This document shows, in pieces, positions 5,670-14,162 of a stretch of 18,184 nt of DNA. The notes beneath the pieces are model-generated. The model was given only the letters and a program-made list of their open reading frames with translations, ran no database searches and was not told the DNA's origin. Position numbers and translations under genes: made by a program. Each line of letters begins with the position of its first letter. The first letter of the stretch is position 1. Source of the DNA: a virus; the IMG/VR virus record IMGVR_UViG_3300045988_007734, positions 1 through 18,184 of that record; one strand, written 5' to 3'.

Positions 5670-7400
5670 ATGGCAACCACCCCAGTGGTGACGCCGAAGC
5701 AGCAACTGCGCCCGCTCACCGAATTCAACAACGCCCAGATTTTGAACATGATTCGCAACGAGGCGTCACCAGAGTACCAGAGGCGCATGCCCTCGGCCAC
5801 TCAGATGAATATGGACAGGCAGATGGCCACACTTATGTCGTCCACCCAGCTGAAGAACGAATTTTACTCGGCATTGGTGAACCGTATTGGCGGCACCTAC
5901 GTGAATACGTGGCGGTGGAACAATCCGCTCAGCGTTTTCCAGCGTGCATCGCAGGCGTATGGCGACACGTGGCAGGAAATCGCCGTGGGAATGCCGCTTG
6001 CACAGGTCTATGACCCTGACGCGGAGTACCTCGGTGCGGACAACTTCCGCAAGTGGAAAATCGACGTGGATTCACTCTATCACCGTCTGGACTTTGCTCA
6101 CTGGTATCCTGCGACCACGGATGACAAGACGCTCCAGCGTGCCTTCACGTCCGAAAACGGTTTGGCATCGCTCACCTCCCAGATTCTCACATCCTGCTAT
6201 AACGCGGCTGAAGTAGACTTGTTCGAGGCTCTGTGCCATCAGTTCGTCGAGTACGCGAAGCTCGGCGGATATTGGCGCGTCCACATGGCCAAAGACCTGA
6301 ACAACATGGGCAGTTCGGAAACCGACGCCCGCGACATGTTGCGTCAGATTCGCGCATGGGCGGACACGCTAAAATTCGTTTCCACCAAGTACAACGCCCG
6401 TCACATGCCAACCTTTGCCCGCCCGGACGAACTCGTGCTGTTCTGTTCGCCAGAAGTCAAGTCGGCGCTTGACGTGCAGGGCCTTGCCACGGTATTCCAG
6501 CGTACCGACGCCGAGCCGACCATCGACCGAATTATAGTCATTCCGCAGGACCGTTTCGGCATGAATGGCGTGCAGGCCATTCTGACGACCGACAAGTTCC
6601 TGATTGACATTCCTGTCATCAACGAGATGACCCAGCAGACCAACCCCGTCAACATCAATTCGGTCAACCATTATCTGCATGTCCAGCACATTATTTCGGT
6701 GTCCGGCTTCGCTCCGGCTGTGATGTTCTGGACTGGAGCAGGTTCTACCGCCAACGTGGTGCCCCCTGCCGGAACGCAGGCCAAGACGCCGACATTCGAG
6801 CTCAAACTCGCCATGTACGGTGGTGGCACGGAAACCCCGAGCAATGTGGCGCGCGGTGGCGCGGTGCAGGTCACCGCCGATACGACTATCGGCAACGACG
6901 GTACCGCCACGTTCCGTTCGAACGCGGTTGAATATCGCATTGGCGATACTGTTAAGCCGAAGAGCGATTACACGTATATCTCGCCTACCGGCGTGCTGGT
7001 GGTCGGCCTTGACGAACCGAACACCACCATCCCGATTACCGCAACCGCCTTGTACACGAACCCGGCGACGCCGGAAGTGCCGGGCACCGTGTCCGCAGCT
7101 CTGGACGTGCCGGTGGTCGGTGATGGCGTCATTGGCTTCAACCCCTCCATCATCGCGTCCATTGCCGTGACCGTTCCGAACGTGACCGTAGAACATACGG
7201 CGCAGGCTACTGCCGTGGCGACCATGATTGACGGACGTACCGCCGACGTGACCGCACAGGCCGCATGGACGTCCGGCACTCCGACGAGCGCCACCGTATC
7301 CGAGTCCGGCATGGTGACTGGCGTCAAGGCAGGCAGCTCTGATATCACCGCCACGCTGTTCGGCGTGTCCGGTAAGAAGAGTGTGACCGTGACCGCGTGA
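5670..7400 (+). CDS. Major capsid protein (phi29 gp8-like) with C-terminal Ig-like/Big_2 decoration domains
   Basis: YNAAEVDLFEAL and NHYLHVQHIISVSGFAPAVMF resemble phi29 gp8 YNSAEVDEYEYM and NYYLHVWQTLSASRFANAVAF. The last ~80 aa (ASIAVTV...TAQAAWTSGTPTSATVSESGMVTGVKAGSSDITATLFGVSGKKSVTVTA) form a typical Big_2 domain, which phi29 gp8 also carries. SD AGGAAGGA. Confidence 0.9.
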   Translation: MATTPVVTPKQQLRPLTEFNNAQILNMIRNEASPEYQRRMPSATQMNMDRQMATLMSSTQLKNEFYSALVNRIGGTYVNTWRWNNPLSVFQRASQAYGDTWQEIAVGMPLAQVYDPDAEYLGADNFRKWKIDVDSLYHRLDFAHWYPATTDDKTLQRAFTSENGLASLTSQILTSCYNAAEVDLFEALCHQFVEYAKLGGYWRVHMAKDLNNMGSSETDARDMLRQIRAWADTLKFVSTKYNARHMPTFARPDELVLFCSPEVKSALDVQGLATVFQRTDAEPTIDRIIVIPQDRFGMNGVQAILTTDKFLIDIPVINEMTQQTNPVNINSVNHYLHVQHIISVSGFAPAVMFWTGAGSTANVVPPAGTQAKTPTFELKLAMYGGGTETPSNVARGGAVQVTADTTIGNDGTATFRSNAVEYRIGDTVKPKSDYTYISPTGVLVVGLDEPNTTIPITATALYTNPATPEVPGTVSAALDVPVVGDGVIGFNPSIIASIAVTVPNVTVEHTAQATAVATMIDGRTADVTAQAAWTSGTPTSATVSESGMVTGVKAGSSDITATLFGVSGKKSVTVTA

Positions 7401-7406
7401 TATAAT
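7398..7406 (+). promoter_or_regulatory. Extended -10-like element (TGATATAAT) overlapping the capsid stop codon
   Basis: It is part of the exact 12-mer GTGATATAATGG (7397-7408), which is repeated at 9815-9826. It abuts the hairpin at 7407-7434, so promoter activity is uncertain. Confidence 0.35.
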
Positions 7407-7434
7407 GGGAGGGTAGCCGATTGGCTACTCTCTC
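7407..7434 (+). terminator. Stem-loop immediately after the capsid gene (12-bp stem including G-U pairs, GATT loop)
   Basis: GGGAGGGTAGCC-GATT-GGCTACTCTCTC. There is no clean U-tract. Confidence 0.45.
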
Positions 7435-7450
7435 TCACGGTGTGATGCAG

Positions 7451-7495
7451 GACAAGGCCCGAAGCGTAATCTACGTGAGCGCTCCGGGCCTTGTC
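7451..7495 (+). terminator. Strong GC-rich stem-loop (11-bp perfect stem) upstream of the tail-knob gene
   Basis: GACAAGGCCCG-23 nt-CGGGCCTTGTC. There is no U-tract. The 3' arm ends 5 nt before the GGAGGA SD at 7501-7506. Confidence 0.5.
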
Positions 7496-7508
7496 ATACC
7501 GGAGGACA

Positions 7509-9818
7509 ATGATGATTGACGACGCTAACCCTTACGTGGAATCTAATTTTTCGTGGGCGGAATGGACGCCTAACACGACACTGAAACTCTGCCGTGTACC
7601 GTGGGATGCTTCATATCGTGATGTTGTGCGGTTTGTTTCACGTGAAACGCAGCGAGAATGGTTCGACAAACTGGGTGGAGTGGAATGCCGTCCGGCCACC
7701 ATGCATATTTTCGGCGCCCCCGTTCGCATCGACATGCCATTCAACCAAGCGTCAAACTACAATTATCTTGTGGCCGTCAACGATTACCCCGAATTGGAAT
7801 CGCCACGCGCATGGTATTACTTTATTGAATCCGTGGAATACATCAACGCGCACACCACACAGCTCACGCTTATGCTGGACGTATGGCAAAGTTTCGAGTT
7901 TGACGTGAGTTTCGGTAGTTGCTATGTGACGCGCGGTCATATCGGCATAGCCAATGAACGCCAGTGGGATGATTACGGGCGTACCACGCTTGCACTGCCG
8001 GAGGGTTTGGACACCGGCGCGGAAACCGTCATTACCTCACAGTCATATACGCCGCTTGTGACCAGCAAGCCCGTGCAGCCCGGGTTTAACTCGCCAACCT
8101 TGGATTATGGTGTCATTGTCGTGGCCACGACCGACCTTGTGGCGTCGGGCGGTAGTACCGAAAAACCGTCGTTGAAAACCGCGCAAGGCTCACAATTCGA
8201 GAATCAATCCAATGGCGCGGGGATTTATTATTTTGACACCGCCGACGATTTTACGCGCGTTATGCAGGCAGGTAGTTCGTACCCGTGGGTCACTCAGGGC
8301 ATTACGGCGATTTACGCCATCCCCAAAATCAGCGCCGACTATATCCGCAGCGCAGGCCATGAGGTGACGCAATTTTTTGGCAACGACGTGGCCGGTGTGG
8401 TTAAAGGCCACGTCTACACGTTCCTGTGGGAAGCAAAGAGCGATAACCGATATGATGATATTGTTTCCATCAAGAATTTTCGTAACAATTTTAACATTCC
8501 GAGCCGGTATCGCAATTTGAAAAAATTGCAATGCTACCCGTATAGTGTCGTGGAATGTTCATGCTTGAATGGCTCGAATGTCATCTACCGGCCCGAGGAT
8601 ATCCAATCCAATGACCTGACCATACGTGAAACGTGGAATTACGCGCCCCCGTCCCCTCGGCTGAATTTTTACCCGGTGGACTACAATGCGGGAGGCGCAG
8701 CTACGGTCAGCTCCCCGTCCGGGAATGGCACAGGTCTGCCGATTGATGGCGGGGAAATGCTTAATGTCAGTTTCGGTATCACAAACTTTCCCCAGTTTAT
8801 GGCGGTCAACAATGGGGCCGCGCTTGCTATGGCGAACAGCGCGTACTCTCGCGCTTACGCGGAGCAGTCTGCCGGTTGGGCGCAGCAAAAAGCGACCATG
8901 AGCGCAGCCAACGCATTATCTCAGGCCGGCACTGCGATTCGCACTCAGCAAGAGATGACCCAACTGGGTATCACGAACCGTAACGCGCTGAACGCCATCG
9001 CAGCCAACTCACTTAACCAGTCGTTGGCTATCGGGCAGGCGAGCACCAATGCCATGACCAACTTGAACGTATCGCAAAACAACGCGCGAACCACGTGGGG
9101 GTTGATTTCCAATGCGGGGAACGCATTGGCGTCGGGGAGCGTGGCCGGACTGATTGGCGGCGCAGTCGGCGCCATCGGCGGCGTCGTGCAGAACGACATT
9201 GCCAACAAGGGACTGTACGCCAGCCGTGACATTGCCAACGATACGGCAGCGGCGAACACTGCCAACAGTGTGGCAACCAATGCGGCGCAAACCTCGCAAG
9301 CGAACACTTACGCGCAACGCGCCCAGCAGATTCAGAGCACGTCCAGCGCCCTGATGGCCGGGCAAAACTATCGACTGGCCACGCGCTTTGCCGAAGGTGA
9401 CTATGAAAACTCGATAGCCGGGATTAACGCTCAAGTCCAGCAAATGCAGATGACTCCGCCGACTACGAGCGGTTCGGCGGGCGGCGACTCGTTCAACCTC
9501 GCTAACGGTATTATGGGCATATTGGTTCGTTTCCGCACGTGCGCCCCCAGCGCGTTGCGTTCGGTGGGCGAGTTCATGCTACGTTTCGGGTATTTTGTCC
9601 AGCGGTTCGTCACCCCGCCCGCAAGTCTGCAATGCATGGAGAAATTCACATACTGGCAAATGCAGGAATGCTACATTAAAGGTACACTGCCCGAACAGGC
9701 GCGGCTGACCATTAAGGGCATGTTCGAGCGAGGCGTCACCGTATGGAGCAGACCGGAGGATATCGGCGTGACCGACTGGGCGGACAACGAGCCACTGCCG
9801 GGCATTGGTTACGAGTGA
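7509..9818 (+). CDS. Tail knob / distal tail tube protein (phi29 gp9-like), about 769 aa
   Basis: The N-terminal pattern NYNYLVAVNDYPELESPRAWYYFIESVEYINAHTTQLTLMLDVWQSF parallels phi29 gp9 [44 protein letters not shown]. Its position between capsid and portal matches phi29. The start is ATG 7509 or 7512 after GGAGGA; the track start at 7491 is a TTG inside the hairpin. Confidence 0.8.
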   Translation: MMIDDANPYVESNFSWAEWTPNTTLKLCRVPWDASYRDVVRFVSRETQREWFDKLGGVECRPATMHIFGAPVRIDMPFNQASNYNYLVAVNDYPELESPRAWYYFIESVEYINAHTTQLTLMLDVWQSFEFDVSFGSCYVTRGHIGIANERQWDDYGRTTLALPEGLDTGAETVITSQSYTPLVTSKPVQPGFNSPTLDYGVIVVATTDLVASGGSTEKPSLKTAQGSQFENQSNGAGIYYFDTADDFTRVMQAGSSYPWVTQGITAIYAIPKISADYIRSAGHEVTQFFGNDVAGVVKGHVYTFLWEAKSDNRYDDIVSIKNFRNNFNIPSRYRNLKKLQCYPYSVVECSCLNGSNVIYRPEDIQSNDLTIRETWNYAPPSPRLNFYPVDYNAGGAATVSSPSGNGTGLPIDGGEMLNVSFGITNFPQFMAVNNGAALAMANSAYSRAYAEQSAGWAQQKATMSAANALSQAGTAIRTQQEMTQLGITNRNALNAIAANSLNQSLAIGQASTNAMTNLNVSQNNARTTWGLISNAGNALASGSVAGLIGGAVGAIGGVVQNDIANKGLYASRDIANDTAAANTANSVATNAAQTSQANTYAQRAQQIQSTSSALMAGQNYRLATRFAEGDYENSIAGINAQVQQMQMTPPTTSGSAGGDSFNLANGIMGILVRFRTCAPSALRSVGEFMLRFGYFVQRFVTPPASLQCMEKFTYWQMQECYIKGTLPEQARLTIKGMFERGVTVWSRPEDIGVTDWADNEPLPGIGYE

Positions 9819-9824
9819 TATAAT
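9816..9824 (+). promoter_or_regulatory. Extended -10 element (TGATATAAT) placed 6 nt upstream of the portal ATG
   Basis: TATAAT at 9819-9824, then GGCAAT, then the ATG at 9831. The 12-nt intergenic gap has no SD, which is consistent with a leaderless portal mRNA. Confidence 0.45.
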
Positions 9825-9830
9825 GGCAAT

Positions 9831-10781
9831 ATGAGTAGGTCTAAAAAGAATCGAGTTGGCGGCGCGTTGCACCCACGTGGCAATTATGCGAAAGCACGCG
9901 CCGCCACGCTTGATGACATGTATTTTCATTTGCTGATGGAACTCGCATTGAACCGTTTCAGTTGGCGCGGATTGCCGCCCACCGTGGACGAACGTTGGCT
10001 GGAAATATGTCTGTGCGAATATGGTTGCGCGTTGTTTTTCGAAGACAAGCGTATCGGCAGGTTCCTTGTAACGCAGGCCGGTTATCAAGGTCGGCTGAAC
10101 GTGTACAATAATCCAACATGCTTCGAGCCGGTAGGCGTCAACTACCATTATAAGCAGCTCAAAGCAGGGGCGGAATGCATTCCTATCTGGGATAATCGAA
10201 TGCGCGTCGGATTCAAGCCGACATTATGGCAATACGCACGACGACTTGCCGATATCGACAAGGCGTATGATGTGAATTTGGAGAGTCTTAAGCTGCCTAC
10301 CATCATCACTGCCGACCCCCGCACAAAACTCACCGTGCAGAACATGCTTCAGCAGCGTCAGGACGGTCAGGACTATATTATCGGATACGATTCGCTCGAC
10401 CCCGGCAGCATGTTTCAACCGTGGCCGAACACTACGCCTTACCTGCTGGACAAGTTCATCCAACAGAAAGCGCAGGTCACTAACGAAGTGCTAGGATATC
10501 TCGGCATCCAATCATCCGGCACGGAGAAAAAGGAACGGCTTATCTCCGACGAAGTGGCGCAAGCCAACGAGAAAGTAGATGTGTTCCGACTGAGTTTCCT
10601 GAAGGCGCGGCAGACGGCGGCAACTGAGATTAACCGATTATGGCCGCAACTGAACGTGTGGGTGGAGTATGCTGACGCGCAAAGCTCCGGCGTGCCCAAC
10701 GCGCTTGACTCTAGCGCTTCGGGCACGACGGATGTTGACATGCCCGCATCATACGACGCGGGCACTGGAGGTGTATTGTGA
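9831..10781 (+). CDS. Portal (head-tail connector / upper collar) protein, phi29 gp10-like, 316 aa
   Basis: FSWRGLPPT (phi29 FEWENLPPT), VYNNPT, and GTEKKERLISDEVAQANE (phi29 LEKKERMVTDEVSSNDE). The size matches gp10 (309 aa). Confidence 0.9.
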   Translation: MSRSKKNRVGGALHPRGNYAKARAATLDDMYFHLLMELALNRFSWRGLPPTVDERWLEICLCEYGCALFFEDKRIGRFLVTQAGYQGRLNVYNNPTCFEPVGVNYHYKQLKAGAECIPIWDNRMRVGFKPTLWQYARRLADIDKAYDVNLESLKLPTIITADPRTKLTVQNMLQQRQDGQDYIIGYDSLDPGSMFQPWPNTTPYLLDKFIQQKAQVTNEVLGYLGIQSSGTEKKERLISDEVAQANEKVDVFRLSFLKARQTAATEINRLWPQLNVWVEYADAQSSGVPNALDSSASGTTDVDMPASYDAGTGGVL

Positions 10782-11566
10782 CACAGGATTTTAGCGCCTA
10801 CGCTATGGAGACTCCCGGCGAGTACACCGAAACCCTCGGTAATCTTATTGCATTCGGATATGACACCGACGACAAGCTGCATCTTAGCGCCGACTATTAC
10901 CCGATTTACCGCGAAGACCATCGCGCAGAGTTGAACGAGAAGATCGTCCGCCATTACACGCTTAGGGAGATTGGTCAGGAAACCGCCCAACAGTTCATTT
11001 TTTACTTGGGAATGACAATGGCGGAAATCATGCCCTATTTTAACGAGCGCTACCGGACGCTGGACATGGAATACAACCCGTTGGATTCCATGGACATGAC
11101 GACGGACAGCGAGAGCGGCAGCGAATCACAGTCGTCCGGCAAAGCATCCAGTACGCAGGATTCAACCAGCTCCAGCAATAGCAAGTCGGACAATTCCAGC
11201 ACCACCACGTCGAAGAGTTTTGACAGTGACGTGCCTCAGACCGGCGTCATAGGCGATTTCGCCCGCTACGCCTCACATGCGAACGAATCGCAGGCGGACA
11301 GCTCCGGCACCGCGTCCAGTTCGCAGGATTCAAGCAGCCACACCACCGCGCAAAGCGCGACCGACTACCAACACGATTCAAGCAATTCCAAAGGCAAAAG
11401 CCACGTGACCGGGCGTAGCCAGAGCGCTATGAGCCTGATTCAGGAATACCGGCAGGCGATTATCAACGTGGACATGGAAATCGTGCGGAATCTTGAGCCG
11501 TGTTTCATGCAGGTATGGGGCACGTATGATACAATCTTTAACAACCACCATAACTATGGAGGGTGA
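10778..11566 (+). CDS. Lower collar protein (phi29 gp11-like), 262 aa
   Basis: GTGA start/stop overlap with the portal gene, with GGAGG 8 nt upstream. IYREDHRAELNEKIVRHYTLREIGQETAQQFIFYLGMTMAEIMPYFNERY fits the conserved N-terminal block of Picovirinae lower collar proteins. There is a long Ser/Thr/Asp-rich central segment. The position matches phi29. Confidence 0.7.
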   Translation: MTQDFSAYAMETPGEYTETLGNLIAFGYDTDDKLHLSADYYPIYREDHRAELNEKIVRHYTLREIGQETAQQFIFYLGMTMAEIMPYFNERYRTLDMEYNPLDSMDMTTDSESGSESQSSGKASSTQDSTSSSNSKSDNSSTTTSKSFDSDVPQTGVIGDFARYASHANESQADSSGTASSSQDSSSHTTAQSATDYQHDSSNSKGKSHVTGRSQSAMSLIQEYRQAIINVDMEIVRNLEPCFMQVWGTYDTIFNNHHNYGG

Positions 11567-11574
11567 AAGTAATC

Positions 11575-12210
11575 ATGGTCGACATTAATGCACTAATCCC
11601 ACGGCAACGCTTGTTCGACGGAGTGCCCACGTCCGTACCGTTCACCTACCGGGACGGCTTGACGACATTGCAGTTAATTGAATGCCTGAAGCATAATCTA
11701 GACACGCTTCAGTGCGACCTTAGCAGGTTGGAAGACGCCACCACCGACCTCGCGACATCTGTAGACAAGGCTCTGGCGGATACCGTGGCACAGCTCAATC
11801 ATGACATGGCCGCGTTGCGTGCGGAATTGCTCTCGCTGATTCATGAGATGGAGCAGCAGGGTGCGGCGACGTCGCCGGTCTACGGCATCACGCAACCGCT
11901 CGGGCAAGTACTGGGCGGCATGTACGACAATTTGCGCAATCATGGATTGTTCTTCGGTGATTATGATTCCATGCAGTTGACCGCGCGGGAATACGATGGG
12001 CTCACCCTCGGAGCGCGTGAATATGACTTGCGCGCCACTGCTGTGGACAATTGTGTCCCCGGCGATTTTCCGGGCCGCTCACAATTCCCCTACGGCAAGA
12101 GCATGCCTGAGAATCCACCCGCCGACATGTCGTTCATCACACAATCGGAAGCGGATGCACGATATGTCGAACGCAATCCAACCGCAGACAATTTCGACAA
12201 GAAAGGATAA
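11575..12210 (+). CDS. Virion structural protein, coiled-coil (neck/tail-associated), about 211 aa
   Basis: It sits inside the tail module. It has a helical heptad-like region (DLSRLEDATTDLATSVDKALADTVAQLNHDMAALRAELLSLIHEME) and a short tandem motif LTAREYDGLTLGAREYDL. The start is ATG 11575 or GTG 11563. Confidence 0.6.
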   Translation: MVDINALIPRQRLFDGVPTSVPFTYRDGLTTLQLIECLKHNLDTLQCDLSRLEDATTDLATSVDKALADTVAQLNHDMAALRAELLSLIHEMEQQGAATSPVYGITQPLGQVLGGMYDNLRNHGLFFGDYDSMQLTAREYDGLTLGAREYDLRATAVDNCVPGDFPGRSQFPYGKSMPENPPADMSFITQSEADARYVERNPTADNFDKKG

Positions 12211-12215
12211 CCACC

Positions 12216-12635
12216 ATGACCGCAACCAACAAGACCACGAATTACAAACTCAGCCAGTTCGTCGGCACCGACCGACCTACGTGGCTCGGGGACTACAACG
12301 GCGATATGTCGAGAATCGACACGCAACTGAAGCAGAACGCGGACGACATCGCGTCGGCAACAGCAGGCAGTCTCACCTCAGTACACCATACCGCCGACCT
12401 TACCGGCGACGGTACGTCAGGCTCACCACTTGGCGTGGCGAGCACCATCGCCAAGAAAACCGATATCCCGGACGTGAGCGGATTCGCCACCACTTCCGCT
12501 CTCACCTCGGGGCTTGCGGCCAAGGTCGATAAAAACGCCTCACAGCCCAGCACGCTCGGATTGACGGCGACCGAACTTGATTCGATGTACAAGGACGCGA
12601 ACGGCATCGTCCGCGTTGGCCACGCTAAAGCCTAG
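12216..12635 (+). CDS. Short tail appendage/fibre protein (139 aa) sharing an N-terminal adaptor with the next gene
   Basis: SD AAAGGA. The N-terminus MTATNKTTNYKLSQFVGTDRPTWLGDYNGDMSRIDTQL aligns with the N-terminus of the 12652 gene. Confidence 0.7.
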   Translation: MTATNKTTNYKLSQFVGTDRPTWLGDYNGDMSRIDTQLKQNADDIASATAGSLTSVHHTADLTGDGTSGSPLGVASTIAKKTDIPDVSGFATTSALTSGLAAKVDKNASQPSTLGLTATELDSMYKDANGIVRVGHAKA

Positions 12636-12651
12636 AAAAAGGAGAATGACA

Positions 12652-14100
12652 ATGTCCACCACACAACATACCGGCCACTACAGTCTGCCGACATTTGGCG
12701 ACAATCCAAACGACCGCCCGTCGTGGCGCGGCGACTTCACCGACGCTATGACGAAAATCGACAATCAAATGTACGCCAATGCTACCAACATCACCACGGC
12801 GACGGCAGCGGCGAACAACGCGACCACGGCGGCAGGCAAGGCTAAGACGGCGGCTGACAACGCCGCAAGCCTCGCGCAGGCCAATAAGAACGATATTGAC
12901 GACTTGGACGGCTATTTCGCTAAGCTCGGCGTCACGTCGGAATCAACCGCGCAGCAGCTTATGGATACCATCAACGGCAAGGCGGAGGATACCGAGCTGA
13001 CTTCGCTTAAGGGCACGGTATCTTCACTGTCCAGCACGGTTAATACCAAGGCGAACACCTCCGACGTGTACACCAAGGGTCAGGCCGACACGACGTTTAC
13101 CAAGCAGGGCGGATATTCCGGCACCGCGCAGCAGTTGAGCCAGCGTATTCAGGCGCTGGAGACGACACCGCAAGACCAGCCGCCTATCTGCCTCTGTATC
13201 GGAGACAGTTACGCCAATTCGTCCAATAGTGTCAACCCGGACGGGACGGACGCGACCAAGTGGCCTACACAGCTCCGCAACATCATCGGCGGCGAATATC
13301 GGGTGAAAAACTATGCCGTGACCGGCGCGGGATTCAACGTGTCTGGTAAGACGTTCACCGACCAGATTGACGACGCCTACAGCGCTTCGGCCATCGACAA
13401 TGATAATGTGGCAATCATCATTATCGGAGGCGGTCGGAATGACATTGGCACCACTCCGCAGATGGAATCATATGCGGACGCGACGTTCTCCAATGCGCGT
13501 GCCAAGTTCCCCAAAGCACGCATCATCTCCGTGCCCATGCTCTGGCATAATGCGGGCATGGACATGTATGGTCGGCAGAAGGCTGCGGGCGTTGCGCAGG
13601 CTGCTGCCAAAAACGGCGTGGAAAACGTTGATTGGGCTTGGACGTGGAATGTCGGCAACGACTCCAATTTCCCCCACGGCGACGTTCACCCCAACGCGAA
13701 CGGCTCGAAGGTCATTGCATCCTATATGGCCTCCGCTATCCGAGGCACCTATACCGGACGCTACGAAGCGGCCACCCTATCTTCATCCAACGGCCACGTG
13801 CATAGCAATATCGTGGCGTCTGGTGGCATGGTTTTCGCAACGCTTTGGGGCGAAGATCCATCCACAAATGCCGAACTGCAAGCAGGTCTTACGTTCCCGA
13901 GTTGGGCCAGGGTGGCCCCCGGTTCCACTCCGAACCAGTTCCGAACGTGGGGTGCGGGCCTAACTAACTCCGGTTCCGCCATCAGCGGCTGGCTGTTGAC
14001 TAATGTGTCGAACTCGGACACGTCCGGCGCCCCTAAAATTAGCTACTTCGGAACCACTGCCGGCGGTAATAATGGCTGTTTCGTTTGCTACCCATGGTAA
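12652..14100 (+). CDS. Tail appendage/fibre protein with a C-terminal-half SGNH/GDSL-type hydrolase domain, 483 aa
   Basis: ATG 12652 lies 6 nt after AAAGGAGA; the track ORF start at 12577 overlaps the upstream gene. The N-terminus is MSTTQHTGHYSLPTFGDNPNDRPSWRGDFTDAMTKIDNQM. An Ala/Thr/Asn-rich helical stalk follows. The SGNH blocks are ICLCIGDSYANS (GDS), AVTGAGF, IIIGGGRNDIG (GxND) and GDVHPNANG (block V-like). Confidence 0.8.
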   Translation: MSTTQHTGHYSLPTFGDNPNDRPSWRGDFTDAMTKIDNQMYANATNITTATAAANNATTAAGKAKTAADNAASLAQANKNDIDDLDGYFAKLGVTSESTAQQLMDTINGKAEDTELTSLKGTVSSLSSTVNTKANTSDVYTKGQADTTFTKQGGYSGTAQQLSQRIQALETTPQDQPPICLCIGDSYANSSNSVNPDGTDATKWPTQLRNIIGGEYRVKNYAVTGAGFNVSGKTFTDQIDDAYSASAIDNDNVAIIIIGGGRNDIGTTPQMESYADATFSNARAKFPKARIISVPMLWHNAGMDMYGRQKAAGVAQAAAKNGVENVDWAWTWNVGNDSNFPHGDVHPNANGSKVIASYMASAIRGTYTGRYEAATLSSSNGHVHSNIVASGGMVFATLWGEDPSTNAELQAGLTFPSWARVAPGSTPNQFRTWGAGLTNSGSAISGWLLTNVSNSDTSGAPKISYFGTTAGGNNGCFVCYPW

Positions 14101-14123
14101 ACGTTTCACGTGAGACATAACCC

Positions 14124-14152
14124 ATACCCCACGGCTCGAAGCCGTGGGGTAT
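14124..14152 (+). terminator. Stem-loop terminator after the appendage genes (12-bp perfect stem)
   Basis: ATACCCCACGGC-TCGAA-GCCGTGGGGTAT followed by the A/T-rich ACTATTATATAT. Confidence 0.6.
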
Positions 14153-14162
14153 ACTATTATAT

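Noticed and set aside
6369-7196. 275-aa minus-strand ORF, and other long antisense or off-frame ORFs (3827..4345, 6968..7438, 9579..10148, 10439..10990, 8945..9307)
   Set aside because: All lie inside plus-strand genes with clear phi29 homology (DNAP, capsid, tail knob, portal). Their composition is typical of antisense frames in GC-rich coding DNA (Arg/Gly/His-rich), and none has a ribosome-binding site.
9823-9834. Mini-ORF ATG-GCA-ATA-TGA between the tail-knob and portal genes
   Set aside because: It has three codons and no SD, and its stop overlaps the portal ATG. It is most simply part of the promoter/-10 region rather than a coding unit.
11095-11410. Ser/Thr/Asp-rich low-complexity segment with a partially duplicated nucleotide motif (CGCAGGATTCAA[C/G]CAGC at ~11155 and ~11321) in the lower collar gene
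   Set aside because: It is in-frame within a well-supported structural gene. Polar, repetitive segments are usual in the tube-forming part of Picovirinae lower collar proteins. It is not a CRISPR, a tandem-repeat locus or a separate feature.
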